DNA of 64,000 nt, from the IMG/VR virus record IMGVR_UViG_3300028840_002431, positions 310,001 to 374,000 of that record, one strand, 5' to 3'. This document shows positions 59,301 through 64,000 of the stretch, piece after piece. A model generated the notes under the pieces. The model saw only the letters and a program-made list of their open reading frames with translations. It was not told the origin of the DNA and searched no databases. The position numbers were made by a program, and so were the translations under genes. Numbering within the stretch: the first letter of the stretch is position 1; the number at the start of each line of letters is the position of its first letter.

Positions 59301-59867
59301 CCCGAACGACTGGAAAGCAAGGGAGAAAATAATGTCGTAGGGGTTCGTCTGGGCGTAGACGTTCTGCCCCATGTTCCTGCCTCTTTGTCCAGCGGGGACA
59401 GTGTAGGCAGGGTTGATGTTCATCTGACAGAGTTCCCACCACTTGAGTATGTCCGAACAACTGATGCTAACCGTGTGCTCTCCGCCAGAGTAGTTGTCCG
59501 TGACCTCCGTGATGATCCCCCAGAAGATCGGGTAATACTGCGGAATACCTTCGACCAGATAATACCCCTTGGCATAGATCTCTACTTCCATCATAGGGGT
59601 AATGATCGCGGTACCGTCAAAGTAAAAGTCGTCTATAGTGTGCCTCGGAATCGACAACTGTATAGACGCGCTGCCCGGCACACTCTCCACGCTCAAATCT
59701 GTCTGGATAGACGTGATATACCTATTGAAATCAAACGACCTGGAGCACTGCGGGCAACTCACCACCTCCTGTTCCCCATTAATGAAAACAATAGCGTCTG
59801 GAGCCGTGACTATTGTCGGCCGAACATTGGGGAGAAAAGTACCCTGGTAAGGTCCACGAGCCATCAA
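56385..59867 (-). CDS. baseplate hub protein (gp27/gpD-like) with C-terminal coiled coil
   Basis: PGSASIQL, MMEVEIYAKG, FWGII, FEFYMDVTGDIVFKPPFYN, RPELRIGFPVY. Confidence 0.8.
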   Translation of the reverse strand: MMARGPYQGTFLPNVRPTIVTAPDAIVFINGEQEVVSCPQCSRSFDFNRYITSIQTDLSVESVPGSASIQLSIPRHTIDDFYFDGTAIITPMMEVEIYAKGYYLVEGIPQYYPIFWGIITEVTDNYSGGEHTVSISCSDILKWWELCQMNINPAYTVPAGQRGRNMGQNVYAQTNPYDIIFSLAFQSFGDIVVGTGSLNQLVKETAQRPVFDAALADLMGYWQQRFSRMRSNLVLYGTQGVAVRGDTLYQAYSQSNPPGTVPKKRFASTAVSYANGGNDGGQMVFDPTSSNVAAYRNVFSQAGQVDLWQSEFQTKLELANAAKEAIGFEFYMDVTGDIVFKPPFYNLDVLGNKPVSWIQDIDIESWDFGDSESEVVTQIILQGQWGGINDYGMPADVTPFTSVTDYHLLRKYGWRSRPLNSEFMGNVHTMFYHGLDLLDRLNSRRHRGTVTIPMRPELRIGFPVYVAPKDQVWYLQGISHSFSAGSRAMTTLNLTAKRSKFIAPRGVGVLKLQKFSGEAEKNKAGTPDSFHYSSRQLSKSGVFSLDVRNAASVPPTEEAFNSKSGDDNPYEPLILRHPKTGRIVGYPNVVMAYTRPFAPADISDQAGEKKGGANKYVPKEAQAQTQLAKDAYDERIHPKFKANDEDALTDKYLNNRYQYGLNSAGVYIYAHDASARGGAISEILTLPKKNLNVTPKSDSSLNVLASQTAMIRPVSDERGFEVIGHYRYGRRVSLKDGRLITNVDAKTQSRATVDVQLALSGGMQEMLTAESQGLTTVHTGYANPAGTLTTLTPEERQSAAVLNPDSREPEFVDVGDNFVDNAPLGSQQNQGSPEVEASQLSRALTLMEMSVKDASTYNNENCVCLTGRQDLAFINSGYQVRTLTGGSSAEEEQTALSSLEALGGPVNSGASQAAARNVNSLTAQVRTAEERLAELDRRLNQPDADVAAITNEHLDQQRVVRRLKVRLTEAEERLEEVQSKYQTENSIFGQSSTELISKVDRFLVDLYKKLDTPHQEFEKAIRGDYLPKTPRVVATQAEEIERPSQFAPPFSAPNRFSLGDPEATSGAIGTNRDNISKSWEAFGKNLRSNAKKSSLTKEISQDQASIQRLTQTRERLVQQLESDAVVVGTDVPKAIESIDERIAELRQDVANKQLELRTNT

Positions 59868-61696
59868 ACGTCTCCAAGATCAAAATCAAACTCGCCGCCG
59901 CCAGTGAAAGCCTCTTCTTCTATCCTCGCCTCTTCGACTCCGGGGGGTAGGGGCACATCTGGGGCAGGTTGTTCGTTGTTACCCGTGGATAAGGGCGGAT
60001 CAGCCGAACCTGTCGGCAACGATGGAACGGGAGGACCTTGACCGTATGTGTACTGATCATCGCCCAGATGATCGAGAAGGAACCAAGCCCGCACCGTAAA
60101 GGCGAATGTGTATTCCAACGTAAACGGGTCTGCGTCGGCCTCGGTGAGGTTGAACGTGTCAAAAGACCCCACGTATAGAATCCCGTCGTAATAAAGGTAC
60201 ACAGAACCTAACACCGAGAGATTCTTGGCGTGAGAGTTGCTGGCGGCAAGGGGATCGGGAAAATATATACCACCGTTGTTCTTGTAAATAAGCCACAAAG
60301 CCAGGAGGTTCTGGTAGCTGGCTGAGAACTGCCGAGCCGTACGAGAGAGACCAGGGCTATTACCTTCCGTCGTGTCCAAGGAATAGAACGCGGCAATCTT
60401 ACCGGAACCCTCAATCGTATCCTGGTTGTCGCCCCAGTGTTCGATGATATGACCGTTCCGGCCCCAACCACCGTCGGCTATCAACTTCTCGGCCGATACC
60501 CTGAACGACTGAGGGTTGACCAGAAGACGCAGCGGCGGGGTCTTGGCCATCTGGTCCAGCGCGTCAAGCGTTTGATTGATCATCGCCCGCTGGGCGTGCA
60601 TGAACTCCTTCCCAAGGTTTGTCTGATTCAAGTCCTTGTTGGCCACCGCCCACGCCGTCTTGAACGCTTTGTTAGCGTTCCTGGAACCTCCTTTTGCCCA
60701 TTTACCCGAACTACGACCGTCTGGCTGAAACGGCTCGTACCCAACCGCCATACCAAGCTTACGTCTGGCTTGATTGATCTTGGAACGGTACTTCTTTCTT
60801 AACGGTTTCTTCGCCAGACGGAAGGCTACGTCCTCCGGAGTGAGATACCCCTTCGGCGGGGGCGGCTTATCTAGAGCTTTGTTCCTCTGGTAAGCTGAGC
60901 GTTGTCTCTTGGCGTTCCTGTATTCGGGTTCTCTGGCGTTACCGTGGTAGATAGAACCGTCCGGGTTGTTGAAGCCCCCGAGTGTCACGGCCTTGAGTTC
61001 GAAAGCGTTTCTCCCTTTCGACCGACCTTTGTAGAAACGCTCTATGAACGTAAGCTGTTCCTCCCGAGACATGGTCTCCATATTGTCCCACTGCTCCGGA
61101 GTCATACCTATCTTCTTACCCGTGGCCGTTGACTTGATGAATTGGATCAAACCCTTGGCTGTAACCTTACCGTCCTTATTCTTGGCCCCCGCTGCCGGAT
61201 TCCAGCCGCTCTCGGCCTGGATCACACGTGCCAACTCTTCCGGCTGACAACCTAGTCGGTTACACATCACCACATACCGGACCCAGAAGTCCTTGTTTGA
61301 CGTTGACGTTGGGCCATTAGGCTCCGTCGTTCTCGTTGAAATACCACCCGTCTCGCCTGGAAGATCTCCCGTGGAAGAAGAACTCACATCCGGGTTTTCC
61401 TGTTGTAGCTCTTCCAGGTTTTGCTCTTCGAGGGTGCGGATAGTGGCTGTACGATCCAGCAACCGGCCGGTGACGTTAGAAGAAGGTGGAATCAGACCGA
61501 CAGCGAACATCAACGTCCGCTCTTGTTCCCACGGCTGAACCGTCGTTAGAGGAATGAACTGACCGTCAAGAGGGTCCTCGTGGAGCGCGAGAGCATGATA
61601 AAAACTCAACAATTCGTAGACGGCTGGCTGATAAAAGTCGGCCTCCTGTTCGATTTGCTGGTACGTCTTTAGCTCTGAGTTTTCAGTTGTCGTCAT
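59864..61696 (-). CDS. tail-tube-initiator-like protein with inserted SLT/lysozyme-like domain
   Basis: VIQAESGWNPAA...AKGLIQFI (transglycosylase motifs); C-terminal LVNPQS...EHWGD domain paralogous to the adjacent gene. Confidence 0.75.
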   Translation of the reverse strand: MTTTENSELKTYQQIEQEADFYQPAVYELLSFYHALALHEDPLDGQFIPLTTVQPWEQERTLMFAVGLIPPSSNVTGRLLDRTATIRTLEEQNLEELQQENPDVSSSSTGDLPGETGGISTRTTEPNGPTSTSNKDFWVRYVVMCNRLGCQPEELARVIQAESGWNPAAGAKNKDGKVTAKGLIQFIKSTATGKKIGMTPEQWDNMETMSREEQLTFIERFYKGRSKGRNAFELKAVTLGGFNNPDGSIYHGNAREPEYRNAKRQRSAYQRNKALDKPPPPKGYLTPEDVAFRLAKKPLRKKYRSKINQARRKLGMAVGYEPFQPDGRSSGKWAKGGSRNANKAFKTAWAVANKDLNQTNLGKEFMHAQRAMINQTLDALDQMAKTPPLRLLVNPQSFRVSAEKLIADGGWGRNGHIIEHWGDNQDTIEGSGKIAAFYSLDTTEGNSPGLSRTARQFSASYQNLLALWLIYKNNGGIYFPDPLAASNSHAKNLSVLGSVYLYYDGILYVGSFDTFNLTEADADPFTLEYTFAFTVRAWFLLDHLGDDQYTYGQGPPVPSLPTGSADPPLSTGNNEQPAPDVPLPPGVEEARIEEEAFTGGGEFDFDLGDV

Positions 61697-62388
61697 GCTC
61701 CAACCTCTGGTTCTGAGGTGGTAACGATTTTCTTAACGTTATTAGTGCTCCCGAAGTATTTAGCGCTCGCGTCGTATTTACCTCTTTGTGTTGGATTAAC
61801 ACCCAGGCCAGGAATTCTCATAATCTCCTCTTCGACCTTGAACGCCCACGACACGCGAAACGCGAAAGGTTGTTCATCGCTCTCTTCGGCGTCGAACGAC
61901 CGGAAATACCCCAAGTAGGTCCCCCGGTCATACATGAGCATCACATGGCCTTGGAGCACAACATTCCCATACGGGTCGTAGACGCTCCCATTATTACGGT
62001 ATAGGTCGTGGAGGTCCCGGTAACGGTCCCAGGCTATGGTCTTCTGCCGTAGCACGGACGACAACCCCGTGTAGATGTTCATGAAAGCACCGGTAGAGCC
62101 GTCGCAGTTGAGGTCCGAAAGCTCATCGCCCCAGTGTTGCTCTACGTACCCACCACGGGTCTGGAAACGTTCGACCTTCTTGATGTGGTTCTCTTGGAGG
62201 CTCTCCGGATTGACATGCATGACGAGAGCGTGCGGAAGAAGCACCCTCCGACTGTTGAACGGACTTGTTATCTGAAACGCCATGGGGATATTGGTCTTCC
62301 GCCGCTCAAGCCCGTGGGAGTAGTTAGGACTCTCGGTGGGGACCTGTAGCTCGTCGAAATCAGGGTTTGCTGACGGAATACGTGGCAT
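61693..62388 (-). CDS. tail-tube-initiator-like (gp48/gp54/CIS tube-fold) protein
   Basis: VNPESL...TRGGYVEQHWGDEL...GYFRSF...PF; lies right after the tape measure gene. Confidence 0.7.
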   Translation of the reverse strand: MPRIPSANPDFDELQVPTESPNYSHGLERRKTNIPMAFQITSPFNSRRVLLPHALVMHVNPESLQENHIKKVERFQTRGGYVEQHWGDELSDLNCDGSTGAFMNIYTGLSSVLRQKTIAWDRYRDLHDLYRNNGSVYDPYGNVVLQGHVMLMYDRGTYLGYFRSFDAEESDEQPFAFRVSWAFKVEEEIMRIPGLGVNPTQRGKYDASAKYFGSTNNVKKIVTTSEPEVGA

Positions 62389-62395
62389 CTATCCC

Positions 62396-64000
62396 TCAAC
62401 GCAGACGTTTGTTCTTCTCGAACTGAGCCGTGCCCTCGATGACGCGAGCCTGGATAAACCGGCCGAAATCGCCTTTCAACGCCAACTCGACCTTCACACT
62501 GCCGCCCCCGCCAGCCCCAGCGGGAAGAATCCGCTCTCCAACACCTATAGGAGTCCACCCCTCCCCAGGAGGCAATCTGGATAACGTGGCCTTACCATCC
62601 ACTATACTGGCAACAAGGCCACCAGCTTGCGCTGGTTTCACTCTTTTAGCTTCGACAAGGCTCGTAATCGTTGTGTCTGCCACGTCTCCTTTCTTCGTCG
62701 CGCCTTCGGCAACTTTCTCTCCAAACGTCGTTGGATCAAAGGCCCCTGACTTCATGCCTTCGGCCACCATCGCTCGATCTTCAAACGCGGAGTACATGTA
62801 ATATTCAAAAAGCCCTTTGCGGATGGCTTCGAGAGTGGAGTCAGTGACCGCTTTCTTGTGATCACTCGAAGGTTTGTCGATAGCCTTCTTGACCTCCTCT
62901 ACACCCTTAATGGTTTCTTTAGCCCCTGCCGCGACGGTCTCCCCTACAGCATCCACGGAATCCTTGGTTGACGCTTGAGCCTTCAAGTCCTCCTTGGCCA
63001 CCTCTTCGGCAACCTTTTTCGGGACCGGCGCGTCGTCAGGAGGAGGGGAAGGAGCCGCTTTGGCTACGGCCTTGGTTTCGGCCGTGGCTTTAGTTTTGCC
63101 CCCGGCTCCCTCGAACCCCGACTCAGCAATCGCCTTCTTCATCTCACCCAGGTACCACACGAGATAATCAGGACCCATCTCCTTGCTCATCTTGTAGAGT
63201 TCTTCTTTCGTGGTACCCACATACCCCGCAATTGACTCTGTCCCTTCCAACTCCTTTAAACGCTTTTCCCGTTCTTCTTTCGGTAGTTCCCATAGGTCTT
63301 TGGAGAGTTCTTGTACTTTCTTATTACCCGCTTCGAGGTCCGCTATCATCTCCTTCCCCATGGACTCGATCATCAAGTTCCTGGCTTTCCATATGTCACC
63401 CTCGGAGTCCTCCAAGGCTTTGGTCATCCTTGGGTCGCCCACCCTTGTGGCCGCCATTCTGAAACGCTGACCGCGTTCGGCCTCCACCCCACGCCCAACA
63501 ACCTTGCCGAACTTGTCTCCTAACCACTTGAAGATGTCCCCTATAGAATGCCACACCCCCATCATGATGTTATAGAGCTTGTTCAACAAGAAATCGGCTA
63601 TGATCCCCAACCTCTCCGCAATACTAACTTGATGGTCAGCAATCTCTTTTTGAAAATTCCTTTGGTCTTCGACGCCTTTGATCAAATCCTTTTGTTTAGC
63701 GTCCATACTGTGCCAAATTTTTGAAGCCGTGGCGTCACGGACCTCTTTCGCGGCCCCGTCCTTCTCTAAAGTGACACCCAAATTCTTCATTAGAGTTTCT
63801 TCAACAGCGGTGATACCTATCTGCTTACGCAACTCTTTGAGTTGCTCCTCACTCTTGCCCACTGACTCCTTCTGATACCTCTCGATCTTGAAGGCCAAAT
63901 CCATTTGTACCTGCTCAACCCCGGCAGCCGCCTTCCGGTTTTGATCGATCATCTCATCGTTAAAACCGGTCATAGCCTCGAACGCAATCTTCTGTTGCCC
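62396..64000 (-). CDS. C-terminal part of a tape-measure-like protein (5' end outside the window)
   Basis: The frame stays open beyond the track's Met at 63973 to the edge; A/K/E-rich helical sequence ending AQAGG...GERILP; expected gene order. Confidence 0.7.
   Translation of the reverse strand, partial: GQQKIAFEAMTGFNDEMIDQNRKAAAGVEQVQMDLAFKIERYQKESVGKSEEQLKELRKQIGITAVEETLMKNLGVTLEKDGAAKEVRDATASKIWHSMDAKQKDLIKGVEDQRNFQKEIADHQVSIAERLGIIADFLLNKLYNIMMGVWHSIGDIFKWLGDKFGKVVGRGVEAERGQRFRMAATRVGDPRMTKALEDSEGDIWKARNLMIESMGKEMIADLEAGNKKVQELSKDLWELPKEEREKRLKELEGTESIAGYVGTTKEELYKMSKEMGPDYLVWYLGEMKKAIAESGFEGAGGKTKATAETKAVAKAAPSPPPDDAPVPKKVAEEVAKEDLKAQASTKDSVDAVGETVAAGAKETIKGVEEVKKAIDKPSSDHKKAVTDSTLEAIRKGLFEYYMYSAFEDRAMVAEGMKSGAFDPTTFGEKVAEGATKKGDVADTTITSLVEAKRVKPAQAGGLVASIVDGKATLSRLPPGEGWTPIGVGERILPAGAGGGGSVKVELALKGDFGRFIQARVIEGTAQFEKNKRLR

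Noticed and set aside
58965-60041. 358-aa plus-strand ORF, and many other plus-strand ORFs in the track
   Set aside because: Fully antisense to well-supported structural genes; expected with GC-rich codon bias.
101-62905. GGTGTAG copies at 101-107, 27084-27090 and 62899-62905
   Set aside because: Mid-gene Gly-Val codons far from any start; treated as background.
32218-64000. Bacterial extracellular contractile injection system or tailocin instead of phage
   Set aside because: Contiguous with replication genes, a long tape measure and phage-style gene packing, with no host genes. Capsid genes are not visible here, so this rests on context.
1-64000. Stop-codon reassignment, introns/inteins, tRNAs
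   Set aside because: Genes tile densely under the standard code with TAA, TAG and TGA all used as stops; no intein motifs, split genes or cloverleaf sequences were noticed.

Overview
The whole window is part of a large (jumbo-like) contractile-tailed phage genome. There are no host housekeeping genes, rRNA, tRNA, CRISPR or IS elements, and nearly all genes are on the minus strand. Reading in the direction of transcription (64000 toward 1): end of a tape-measure-like gene; two tube-initiator-like paralogues, one with an inserted lytic transglycosylase; baseplate hub, spike and very large wedge/baseplate proteins; two Gly-rich fibres with a tandem pair of orphan paralogues and an AdoMet decarboxylase between them; a seven-gene glycan-tailoring operon (radical SAM, FkbM methyltransferase-sulfotransferase fusion, RgpF-like protein, Methyltransf_24-CmcI fusion, class I methyltransferase, NDP-sugar epimerase, GT4); one plus-strand myxobacterial-type Cys-repeat lipoprotein, which suggests a Myxococcota/Polyangia host; a second DUF4815/DUF6519-like tail protein; a holin / inner-membrane / outer-membrane-beta-protein lysis-like trio; a second divergent AdoMetDC; a J-domain protein; an SNF2 helicase; a degenerate DnaC-like protein; and the start of a probable replicative helicase. 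The best candidates for undescribed biology are the SAM-intensive glycan-modification operon beside the fibres (with two AdoMetDC homologues), the host-type lipoprotein moron, the atypical lysis trio, and recurring upstream motifs including a hairpin that occludes a ribosome-binding site. All family assignments come from motif recognition by eye; no database searches were run.
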